Assembly (NCBI GenBank): GCA_013239625.1
Contig: MU054391.1
Location: 4,297,824 to 4,361,823, forward strand
Origin: Lama guanicoe
Lineage: Eukaryota
Direction of reading: 5' to 3'
Length of the DNA: 64,000 nucleotides
The first letter of the stretch is position 1. Each line of letters starts with the position of its first letter. The notes under the pieces were generated by a model. That model did not search any database. It worked only from the letters and a program-made list of their open reading frames with translations, and was not told the origin of the DNA. Both the position numbers and the translations under genes were made by a program. This document shows positions 10,880 through 21,160 of this stretch, one piece after another.

Positions 10880-11450
10880 TGGGACAGCGCTGGGGCCTGT
10901 GCGCGGGTGGCCTGGTGCCAAGGCAAATGTTTAGTCTTGGCTGAGGGCTTGGCGTTCGGTTAGTGCTCGATGCTTGAAAGAAAATGCAAAGCTGGGGGCC
11001 TCTGTGGGAACGGAGCGGCCGGCTTCTGGGCCGGCGTGTTGCAGCCGCACAGGTGCACTGCCTCCCGGTGACAGGGGGCGGACGTTTGCCCCGAGAGCCC
11101 GAGGCCGCCGTCCGTCCGGGAGCGCCTGGAGCAGGAGCGGCCCTGACCGCGGGCGGCCCTGTCTGACTTGGCCGCGGGCCCCTGCGAACCTGGCGGCGGG
11201 CTCAGCCCAAAGGAAAACAGCTTTGACATTGACTCTCATCACCGCTGTGCTCTGGGCCACCTGTGGGTTTCACAGCCTCCCTCCCCTTTCCCACAGCGTC
11301 CTGGCCGGTTGGTTTTCATTCCCAGAAAAAAAAGAGAGCCCGGGGTGCTCTTTGCTCCATCGGTGTCTGCTCCGGGTCGGTGCCTTAAGGCACTCACCTG
11401 CGCGCACCCCTGGGCGCGGGAGCGGGGCCAGCTGCTCCATCAGGAGCCTT
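10880..11450. promoter_or_regulatory. CpG-rich island-like segment
   Basis: High GC/CpG; GC box GGGGCGG at ~11075; adjacent TATAAATA at 11487-11494; perfect minus-strand donor CAG|GTGAGT at 11398/11397. Confidence 0.45.
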
Positions 11451-11519
11451 TGTTAATTCTGGGTCTCTCTCCTGTTTCCAGGCATCTATAAATACACACG
11501 TTCTACCGCAACGGGGAAG

Positions 11520-11710
11520 AGACATGTTCATTAAGCACCTGCTTCAAGCCAGGTGCTTTCACACACAGAACCCTGTTTAATCCTCAAAGCGGCTCCGTGA
11601 GAAAGGAGTTCATCTCTTCATGTATTTGCTAAAGACGGTCAGGTGACACGTCAGAGGAGCCGAGATTTGGGCCCTGCCTTCCGACTCCAAGTTCATGATC
11701 CTTCCATTTC
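11520..11710 (-). mobile_element. MIR SINE
   Basis: ttcattaagcacctgcttcaagccaggtgctttcaca...tttaatcctca...gactccaag. Confidence 0.65.
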
Positions 11711-13129
11711 CTTTTAACACGTTCTGGAATGAGCAGCCGGCAGGGGCGAGAGAAAAGTGTTCCCTCCCAGGTCCTGATGTCGGCTGGCCAGAGACAAAGC
11801 CTTCAACCTCCTCAGTGTCTCTGCCTCTCTTTATGAAATGAGGGGCCTGCACGCGCTGCCTCCGAGGGTCGTTCTGGTTTTAACATTCATCCCGGGCTTG
11901 CGTGCTGTGTACACCAGAGACCAGACGCGGGGGCGGGGGGTCCTTTGCCGCCAGCAGTCAGTCCCTGCAGGAGAGAGCTGCCTGCGTCCAGGGGCAGTAG
12001 TCCTGCTGGGATGGATGGAATTCCATCCAAAAGCAGTCACGCGGCTCAGTGAAGACTAAGGTGTAGATGGTTCCTTTCTATCCCAGGACAGACACTGTCT
12101 TTAATAAAGGTGATTTGCACAGGGGGAGAGGCAGCACACTGATGTTTCCAGTAACAGGAACAGTGGCATCTGACTCATGCCAGACTCTGGGGTCTGTTTT
12201 TTATGAACATCTACTGACCCACATCACCTTCACACTAGAAGAGAAATGTACCTGTGTTCCCCGTTTCGCACACACATGAGGACACAGACGTCCAGAAAGC
12301 ACACACACAGCTCGTCTGGGAGGAGCTGGGATTTGAAGCCCATCAGTCACTCTTAACTGTTACATTCAGTGGCGCTTTGCAAGGTGGACGGATGGGACCT
12401 CCTCATTAGGGAACTTGCTCTGCCTTTTGAAACAGGAATCAAATGAATGGTGATTGACTGGCCACGTCCCCTGTGTCATTTCACTTAATTCTCACAGCAG
12501 CACTTCCGATAGGTGACATCTCGGGGGAACCCTGGGTAAGAAGTTAGAAAGGGTCTGTTAAGAGCAGGGCAGAGATTTCTGACCTCCTGTCACCTTTCCG
12601 ACCACGCACCCTGTGCTCTTCTCACCAGCAGGCTGCTGGAAGCATGGCAGTGTCTCTGGTCGACCCGCCCTCTGTCCCGTGCTTGCCCACCTGCTCCTCC
12701 TCGGAATTAGAATGGAGAATAGACTGATCACTCATGCAGCCTTTGCTGCTCATTCTTATTCGGGGAGGGTACTTCAGTTACATAGTGCAAATAAAGAATG
12801 TTAAAAATTATTTTTTCTAAGAACAGATTAGATCTTTAGCTTTTTAAAACTTACATGGTTATCAAGGAATAAAGCCAACTACAAAATAAGTACATATATG
12901 ATATTATAATTCTATGATATAACATATATGACAATAATCAGTACATAAATGAAACCTAAAAACTGTGCAGTATACTGTTTATATGTATTTACATGCAGTG
13001 TAATATGTATGTGCAATCGAACTGTAGTAATTCTACATAGTAAAACTGGGGAAAAAAAGAATTAAAAAAAAAGAATGTTAAAAATAATGCTACACAGAGT
13101 AGCACTTATAACTATGTGTTTTAATTATT

Positions 13130-13740
13130 GCTTTATATGTCACTTTCTCCACTAAGCGACGAGGCGCCTGAGTGCAGAAGACACGGCTTCCGCCCCTGCG
13201 TTCCAGACCCTAGCACGCCGGTCCCTGCATCACTGCGAGGGTTGCGTGGCCACAGTGCCCCTCTCCTGCGTTGTGAGCAGGTGCTTGTGACGCCCCAGGT
13301 TAAACAGGAGGCAGCAGAACAGAAACTGTTCCCGTTGCCAGGTGGGAGCCGCAGGATCTGCTTCTTCTCCTTGAGACCGTTTGGAATAGGACTGACGTTT
13401 GCCCCACGGCATCGGGAAAAATCTAGAGCTGGAGGACCAGTGGAGTCGTCCGTTTCTCACTGCATTAAGGGGGCAGGAAAGTGGGTGAGACACACGTTCA
13501 GACAGCGTTGTGGCGTGGAATCATCCTGCTAATGACGCAAAACTACCTTAGGTAACACGGTGGCGGCTTTGGTGTTGGAGGTAACCAGAAAGGCGGAGGG
13601 AGGGAGAGGCTGCTGCGAAGTAAGGCCACGTTCCCCGGCGTCCCCAGCTTCCCTCCCGAGGTGTGCCGAAACGGCGCCCGTCTGCTGGTTCAAACTCGCT
13701 TTCTACTCGCTTCTCAACTCGTCGCTGCATTTCATGTAAT
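13130..13740. promoter_or_regulatory. CpG-enriched segment with CRE-like and X-box-like motifs
   Basis: TGACGCAA 13533-13540; ACTACCTTAGGTAAC 13542-13556. Confidence 0.35.
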
Positions 13741-14302
13741 CACATGTGGCTCTAACCTCTACTTACTTACTAAAATGCATGACAATCTGTTCAAAGAAAC
13801 CCAAGTTAATCCCATTTGAAAATGAGGCACTTGCCAAGTTGTTTCAACCTGGTAGGGAGGGGACGAATTCATCTTCGGGGCTGTTTGAGCCCCTGGAAAT
13901 AGTCGACCAGATTTCACCAGAAACTAGTCACCTTCTTAAATCATCAAGAAATCAACCATGACCACGACGAAAACTGGAAAATGCCAAGCACTGGCATTAA
14001 CACTGAGGCCGTGCGTTTCTCCTTGATTTCAGAAAGAAAAACATGCTTTTGGAAATGGTTAGAACACAGGTGCACAGGAAACCCAGCGGCTCTCACTCAC
14101 CTTTTGGCTCCTTCCCAGGTCCTGTGTCAGCAGGGACTGTGGCCGCCCTGCAGATGAGGAGGCTTCTGATTTTAGTGAAACGTACAAGCAGAGATGAGTT
14201 TGGGGTGGGTGTCTCCTGGCATACCCAGGACCCTCGGGAAAGGTCAGTTTAATTAAAAGTGCATCGTCTTTTCCCATAAATATGGAAACCCAGAACATAA
14301 GG

Positions 14303-14308
<6 letters not shown>

Positions 14309-14338
<30 letters not shown>
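14309..14338. repeat. (GT)15 microsatellite
   Basis: Read directly. Confidence 0.98.
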
Positions 14339-14343
<5 letters not shown>

Positions 14344-15080
14344 CCCAGGACTAAGCATCTGAAGGCTGGATGAGATTACTGATCTGGAAGGACCATTAGC
14401 CTCTAACTCAGAGGTGCCTGTGCTGACTCTCCGGGCCTGACCTGCTTCCTAGAGTCGTGTTCCTGGGTCCCATCTCTAACTTGGCGGAATCAAAACCTCC
14501 AAGGAGATATTTGAGGATCAGTGTTTCTAAAAAACTACCAAGGTTGTTTTCATGCTTGTTTTGGTGTTGGCAACTCTTTATTTAAATCCTTTATTTTATA
14601 AGTGAGGAGGGGAAGACACAGTGACATTGGCAACATTCGCCCAGGGCCACCCACCTGGAGAGCGGTGGGTTCCGCGTTCCTGCCGCAGCTGCCTCCCCGG
14701 TGTCCCCAGGACCTCGGACAACACACACACACACTGTTTGCCTGACCCAGGTTTCACTTTGAAACCCTTTTGTTTACAAAAGAGGGCTCTCTTCTCCCTT
14801 GGCAGGCTGCCTTCTCTTCCACTACAAATAATGATTCCTTTCAAACAAAGCTAAGCTTGTCTAAAGCTTGGAAAATCCTTCCTAATCACAGTGTAGTTTC
14901 CTTCTTATAAGTTCTCTGAAGAGCTTAAGCCGTCCTCTTGCCGGACTGCGGGGGTGGGGGATGTTGCCACACATCGCAGTGTCGTCGTAAAGGAGCTGAT
15001 GGAGTAATTTTATGGGCATGAATCCACTTAATTTATTTCATTTGTCTAAAAATGTAAAAAATGTTTATTACGACCTAGGG

Positions 15081-15353
15081 CAGGGCCTGGCAAATTTTTT
15101 CTACCAATGTCAGGGAGTTCATGTTTTGTCGGTCACATGGTCTCCGTGGAGACTGCATTGCTGCTGTTGGCGGACAGCCAACAACCGGGGATGGCACAAA
15201 TGGGTGAGACTGAGTGCCAATAGAACTTTATTTACAAACTCAGGTGACGGACACACAAATGAGTGAGACTGAGTGCCAATCAAATTTTATTTACAAAAAT
15301 CTGGTGATGGACTGGATTTGGCCTGCAGGCCACAGTTTGCTGACCTTTCTTTG
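15081..15353 (+). mobile_element. MER58A-type hAT-Charlie MITE with internal ~59-bp tandem duplication
   Basis: Termini cagggcctggcaaa / tttgctgacc; ccaat..aactttatttacaaa core present twice; degenerate 8-bp TSD acctaggg / gtctagga. Confidence 0.85.
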
Positions 15354-16004
15354 GTCTAGGAAATCCAAAGATGAAAAAAACAAACAAAAACAGAATGATT
15401 TTTCTCTAAGCAGTTCACAGTCTAGTTCAGATGGAAGTCCCGGATCTGAAGGAAGTGATGCAGAGGTTCGAGACAGCTACCCAGTTTCCGTATTAAAAGG
15501 GCCGTGGAAAGGTCACTGCCAGACCAGGGTTGCAGGAGGAAGGTGGGCAGGGCTGGGGGCCAGGCCAAGGAGTTCCAGCCTCTCCTGGGGGTCCCCACAC
15601 CCCCATGGCGGAGCTCCCCCCGACTCTGGGAATTATGGGAAGCCTCTTCTCCCTGCAATGTCCCTCCAGCACCCTCTCCTGGAAAAGCTTAACATGGTGC
15701 TCCTTTTAAGAGAGAAACACTTAGAGGCACTAATTCTGTTGTTTCTCACTCAGAGCGTGTATTGAAAAGGTGCATTTGGATGTGAGAAGCAGTGAACTGA
15801 TGAGGGACATGGCTCTATCTGGGAGAGTCTGTTCATTTTTTCCTTGTATCTTGTCTATAATTATTGTTTTATTAATGCAATTTTCAATGAACAAGCTATA
15901 TTAATATAATTATTAATACCTTGCATAAGTTATTTTAGAACTAAGTTAATTTTTTGCACACCCTGCCTTCTCGAAAACTACCTTTCTGCCAGGAGCCGCC
16001 AGCT

Positions 16005-16365
16005 TACCATTCTCCACTCACTGATGCTCCAGCTACATTGGCCCAACGATCTCCAGCCTCAGGCTGTTTGCATCGCTGTCTGCTCTGCCTGGAACCCACT
16101 CCATGCCTGTATCTGCATAGCTCTCCACTCAATTTCCTGCAAGTATCTTCTCAAAGTCCACCTAATCAGAGAGAACGTCGTCCACAGTACTTTCCCTCCC
16201 TTTATCCTGCTTTATACTCATTCTCAGCACTGATTAAGCTCTGACATTACATATGTCCTTTCTTTTTCATTTGTTTATTTCAGCGAACTCGCATTACTAG
16301 GATGTATGCTAGAAAAAATGGTTCCTGTTTATCGCTGCATCCTCAGTGCCTGGAGCAGCGACTCG
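16005..16365 (+). mobile_element. L2a 3' region
   Basis: gcctcaggctgtttgcatcgctgtctgctctgcctggaac ... gctgcatcctcagtgcctggagcag. Confidence 0.75.
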
Positions 16366-18821
16366 CTGGCAGCAGACTGGCCATCCCTTTCTGTGGCTGA
16401 GGAAACTACCATTCTTGGACCTGTCGGGAGAATGGGGAGTAGAAACCACTTAGCAATATTCATTGCAGTCCATCGCCTGGAGAAATCCATGAAAAAACAC
16501 AGGCATAGTGTTTTCCATAAGAAATGGTCCTAATTGTGCTGGTAATTGGTGAAGAGCTCCCTCTTATAAGTTAGTAAAGCCTTTCCCTGCAGTGGGGCAT
16601 TTTCTTCACCCTCTTACAAAGTTCTTTCTGCGTCTGGTCACATGCAAACTAACGTGGGAACCCCTGGCCAACCTCCCAGCCCCCGCATTCCAGTTCCCCA
16701 CCGTCCTTCCTCCGCCACTGGCCCCTAAGCCCTTGGGACGGGACACCCTCTCACCTGCGTGGGGTCTTCCCTGCATCCCTTACTCCCTTTTGACCTCCTG
16801 ACAACCTAGCTTTTCTCTAAATACAAGTGGGGCAAAAGGGAAAAAGCTGAATACTCTGTTCTTGAGGGTCCTTCGTGGGGGGAAGCTTCAGGGTCTGCGC
16901 TGGTGTGGTCTGTCTTCTGCTGGTTCTCTCCCTGCACCTGCCAGCCCGCGATGCTGGGTGAGAACTAAGAGCTCCGAGACCTCTCGGTGGGCGGGATGGG
17001 GAACGTGTCAGACGGGCTGTGAGTGATGTAATGACAACAGCCTCAGAGAGCAGCGCTCGCTGGGACACGTCTCCTGGCCTTCACTCCCCAACCACCCAAG
17101 GTTTCAACTAATGTGATTTTGGAAGACGCTCGTGTTTCACAGCCCAAAACACTTGAAAAAAAAAAAAAGGCAGAAAATTGACGTGGTGGCTTCGTTCTCC
17201 CCACCTCCCCAGGAGATCCCTCTTTAACAACTTACATATGTTCCCTTGTATTGTTTTACTTGCAAAGAAGGGAATTTGAACCTATGGAATTATTACAATT
17301 GTACATCAAGAAAACCCAAGTCTGAGAACGATTTCCGTCCGCATCTTAAACTGATTTATTCAGTGGAAGGACCTGACCAGTGGGCTTCCCAGGTGACCCA
17401 GGGAAATACCGATTGTTCCCACTTCCATTTCCCTCTCAGTAGAGCATTTCTGTTTTCTTCTGGGGAGAATAGTTCTGCCAGAAATACTTCCCAGACCTTG
17501 GTAATCAAGTCACACCTAGTTTTGCTATATTTTTTTCCATCTTTTTAGAAACATTATACACCTATGAAGTTTGTCCGCATCACAAAATTGTCCAGGGACT
17601 AAAATATGATCTATAACAAGCAGTCACAGGAGTATCCCTGAATAAACTCTAGTCATGGTGTTGTAATCTTACAGAACTTTCCAAGATGAATGCTAGATAG
17701 GACTTGATATTAAAAGGAGATTGATGTAAATACTTCATTTTCATTTAAATAAGATCAAACAGCTCTTCTGGAGAAATAAAATCATGCATCCCTTACATTT
17801 GTATCCCAGTGGGCATGAGTATGTTCTCCAGATCTGGAGTTGGGTCCCGGGAGCCTGAGTTGGGTGTAGGTGTGGGGTGCATGGAGGGGGTGCTTGGGAG
17901 GCAAGGGTGGTCAGTTTGCGTGGCTGGGAGCTGAGGGTCACCCAGGAGGAAATTCAGCAGCCAGCTGGATGGTTCCTGGTCCATACCCCTCAAGGAACGC
18001 CACGCAGGGCTCCGCCTGGGGTACGTTCGGTGGAGTTGGACTGGCATTATTTAGCACTGGGCTGCCGGAGTATCAGCTTACTCGGACCCCCACACTAGCC
18101 CACATGGAAAGCACGCACGTCAACTCCTGTAATCCTGCTGGCTCCTCTCCACTACTCCCCACCCCGCTCTGCAGAGGATTCTTTCTGGCCTTCTGGAAGT
18201 TTCTGCAAAGGAAGGGTGGTGAGTAGGGACTGTGGAGATTTGTCGACCCAGATGTCAGTGAACAAAGACATACTTCAGTGGCTTTGGCCAGAGGGAGGGC
18301 TACTGTGGCCAACAGATTCAGAGAGAGGAGGCAGGAGGCAGGTCGGGGTAGCGATGAGCTGCAGAGAGGGGAGAGGAGGAGAGAGCAGCAGTGGGGACCA
18401 GGGTCATCAGGTCCATCCTCCCAGCCTAACAGCCAAAGGGGGGCCTCCGGCCAGGTAGGCAGAGGCTGCTGGTCCTCCCTTCCCCGCAAGATGGCAGCAG
18501 TAACGCCCAGGGTCGAAGACTCTCCACCATGTTCTCAGCTCCCCAGGCCCTCTGCAGCCAGGCCTTCTCCCGAGGGAAATGCCAGAAGTCAAGGTCACTG
18601 CCCTTGAGACAACCAGAGTCTGCTCTGGAAATAAGGCCACCGAGTTCAAGTCAAAGGACCCTCTGGTGTACAGAGCACTTTCCAAAAACAGACTCGGGAC
18701 AGCAGGGCTGCTGGGGTAGCCCAATGCTCAGAGAGTAAAGCCACTGCCCGGGGACCCACAGCTGATGAGCAGAGGCCCAGACCTCACAGAGGTGAGAGGT
18801 CACAGAGGTGAGAGGTGATGG

Positions 18822-19320
18822 GCAGTGTCTGGGGAGGCCCCTCCCTAAATATGCAGGGCCCCTGGCAAGAGTAGAGAGAGAAGGCCATTAGTCGAAATAT
18901 TTGAAAGTTATAAAGCAAACCAAGAAATTTTTTTTTCAATTTTTGTTTTGGGGGATGGTAATTAAGTTTATTTATTTATTTAATGGAGGTACTGGGGATT
19001 GAACCCAGGACCTCGTGCATGCTAAGCACATGCTCTACCACTGAGCTGCACCCTCCCCACCTCGAGAAACTATTAAATAAAATAGATTTTATCTGACTAC
19101 TTGGATAAATAAAACTTCATATTACAGATGAAAAATTATGCTTTTATGAAACTAAAATTCAGCAAAATATAAGAGATGATTACGTTTGATTATTATTACA
19201 CACGTCTGGGTGATTGGCTGATGGCCTGATGATGTTTGAATATATAATAAGGTAACAGATGGACAATTCATATATTATTGTTAAATAATCTCCCTTCATA
19301 AAGGCTGCCTCAGTTTCCTT
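18822..19320. mobile_element. Zaphod/MER115-type hAT-Tip100 DNA transposon fragment, interrupted by a SINE
   Basis: atgcagggcccctggcaagagta...aaatatttgaaagttataaa [SINE] ctattaaataaaata resembles the MER115/Zaphod end. Confidence 0.6.
18928..19058 (-). mobile_element. Vic-1-type camelid tRNA-derived SINE
   Basis: Minus strand GGGGAGGGTGCAGCTCAGTGGTAGAGCATGTGCTTAGCATGCACGAGGTCCTGGGTTCAATCCCCAGTACCTCCA with A and B boxes, (TAAA)n and A-tail; degenerate TSD caagaaa / cgagaaa. Confidence 0.9.
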
Positions 19321-19499
19321 CCCAGGAACAGATGATGGTAATACTCATTTACTCACACCCTGAGCAATGCTGAATGTGTGGAGGGAGGTTGGACATCGCT
19401 CAATCTCGCTGTTGTAGGTTTTTTAAAATATTTGATAAAAATGCTGATTTTCTGGGTACTTTTAGATGTGGGAAAATTATTTTTAATTTTGAAAAGGGT

Positions 19500-19740
19500 G
19501 ATGGATGCTCGCTATCAAAATATAACACAAAAATTTAGAACCTAAGTGAGTTCTGACATGTAGAGAACTTGACAAATATGTGAATGGAAGAAAACAGAGG
19601 CATAAACTAGATGTTGGGTATAAGCGGACATTTTAAGCAGTGAGCAAATGGGTGGCATATTTGATAAATCATGTTGGGACAAAAGGCCACCAGGTTGGGG
19701 AAAATGTCACACTCTTGTCTCATGTTGTATTCAATTTAAG
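19500..19740 (+). mobile_element. Old L1ME ORF2 fragment
   Basis: A-rich; atatttgataaatcatgttgggacaa resembles the ORF2 'LFNKWCWDNW' region. Confidence 0.5.
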
Positions 19741-19779
19741 GCACAGAGAGAGACGAAAGTGTTGCTATGGCAAAAAAAT

Positions 19780-21160
19780 TATTTCACTTATTCCTTTGAA
19801 GTTTTTTTATATCTTTTTGCTACTTCTCCAGCTAAAGCAGCTAGCGACTCTGCGGTGGGACTTCACTTGGGTGGTTTTAGCTTATTTTAACTAAAATGCT
19901 TCCAGTGTTCCTCCCATTAAGAAAAATGCTGGCCTCTAGCTTGAGGTCCCTGTTATCATTTATAGTGGAGCTTTCAGTATGCAAAGTCTTTTTTTTTTTC
20001 ATTTCAGGGAAGAAATTGTTTTTCCTTCATAACATTAAATATCTGTATATGCTAGTCTGTCCTACTGCTTCTTGGGGACCTCCAATTGTATGTGTGTTAA
20101 CTCTGCTTTTCTGGTCCTTCATGGCTATCACTTTCTTTTCATCCTTTTCTATTCTTTGTCTGCCTTTCCTTCTTTCTTTTTTTAACTTCTGAGCTTTATT
20201 TCCAGCCTGTCTCTTGGTAGGTTTTGTGAAGTTCCACCTTTTATATTTTTGATGCTTTGGTTCCTTTTTTCCCACCTTTTTTTTTGAGTTTTGCCAGCAA
20301 ATGTTTTATTTTCTCCCATCAGCTTGGAGTTTCTTCCCTCAAGTCCTGCATTTCTGAATTGTGATCTTCGCTCTCAGAATTAACTATTTCAACATCAACA
20401 TTTTTGTGATGTTGGTGTTTTTAATGGGGAAACGTTTGGAAAATTTTTTCATTGCTACATGGCAAGTGATCATGTGCTGTCAATTTTTTTTTGCATTTAT
20501 TTAAGTATTTTGTATCATTATGGCATCTCCTTTATTTAACCAGCTAGCATTGACTAGGCTGGATTTTCTTAGATTCTCTTTATAGGACTTTCTGAGTAGT
20601 GGGGTTCAGAGAGGAACTAGTACAGCAGAGCCATAATCCAAGGCTCACAGCTCAAAGGCTCTCTGGTTTCTGCTCCCACAAAAAACATTTTCCTTCTAAT
20701 CCTATCTGGGAGCCAGTCTATACCCTTCCTTACCTTTTTGCCTGATTCAAACTAGGTTCAGAAACAATTCCATCACCATCTCTGCTCTTTCCACTGTCCA
20801 AACCCATTATTGCTACACCACCGGCAAAACGTTCCCCTTTGTGGTTTCCTTCTTGTCTTCAGGAAGTGTATTTGGCTGGTCCGTTCCAAGGTCAGCTGCT
20901 GCACTAGCTCTGAACTTCTTCTTTTCCCTTCCTCACACCAGAATTTCTGCACGATCTTGGGTCTTTTTGACAGGCTTTCCATATGTGTTAGGAATCTGTG
21001 GATCATATGTGTGACCAAGTTCCACTGAAGAAGGAGATTGTACTTTTTTTTATATTCTTCCTTTTGCTTTTGTATCGTTTCCAAGAGGAGGAAAGGAAGA
21101 ATTGCTGACTTGATAGCTACATTCACTCACTTTCTTAAGTCCTTTTGACCCAGAATATCC
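19780..21160 (-). mobile_element. HAL1/L1ME 5' and ORF1 region, highly decayed
   Basis: T-rich antisense ORF1-like sequence (cttcttggggacctccaattgtatgtgtgttaa), ending in an L1/HAL1 5'-like motif. Confidence 0.5.

Noticed and set aside
10974..11456. 160-aa ORF in CpG-rich segment
   Set aside because: GC-driven stop depletion, with overlapping ORFs on both strands.
15214..15765. 183-aa ORF
   Set aside because: Begins inside MER58A and continues into probable old LTR-like sequence; no domain.
18985..19058. tRNA-Ala gene
   Set aside because: Has an A-rich tail and TSD and is inserted in a DNA transposon, so it is a SINE; same for 59254-59349.
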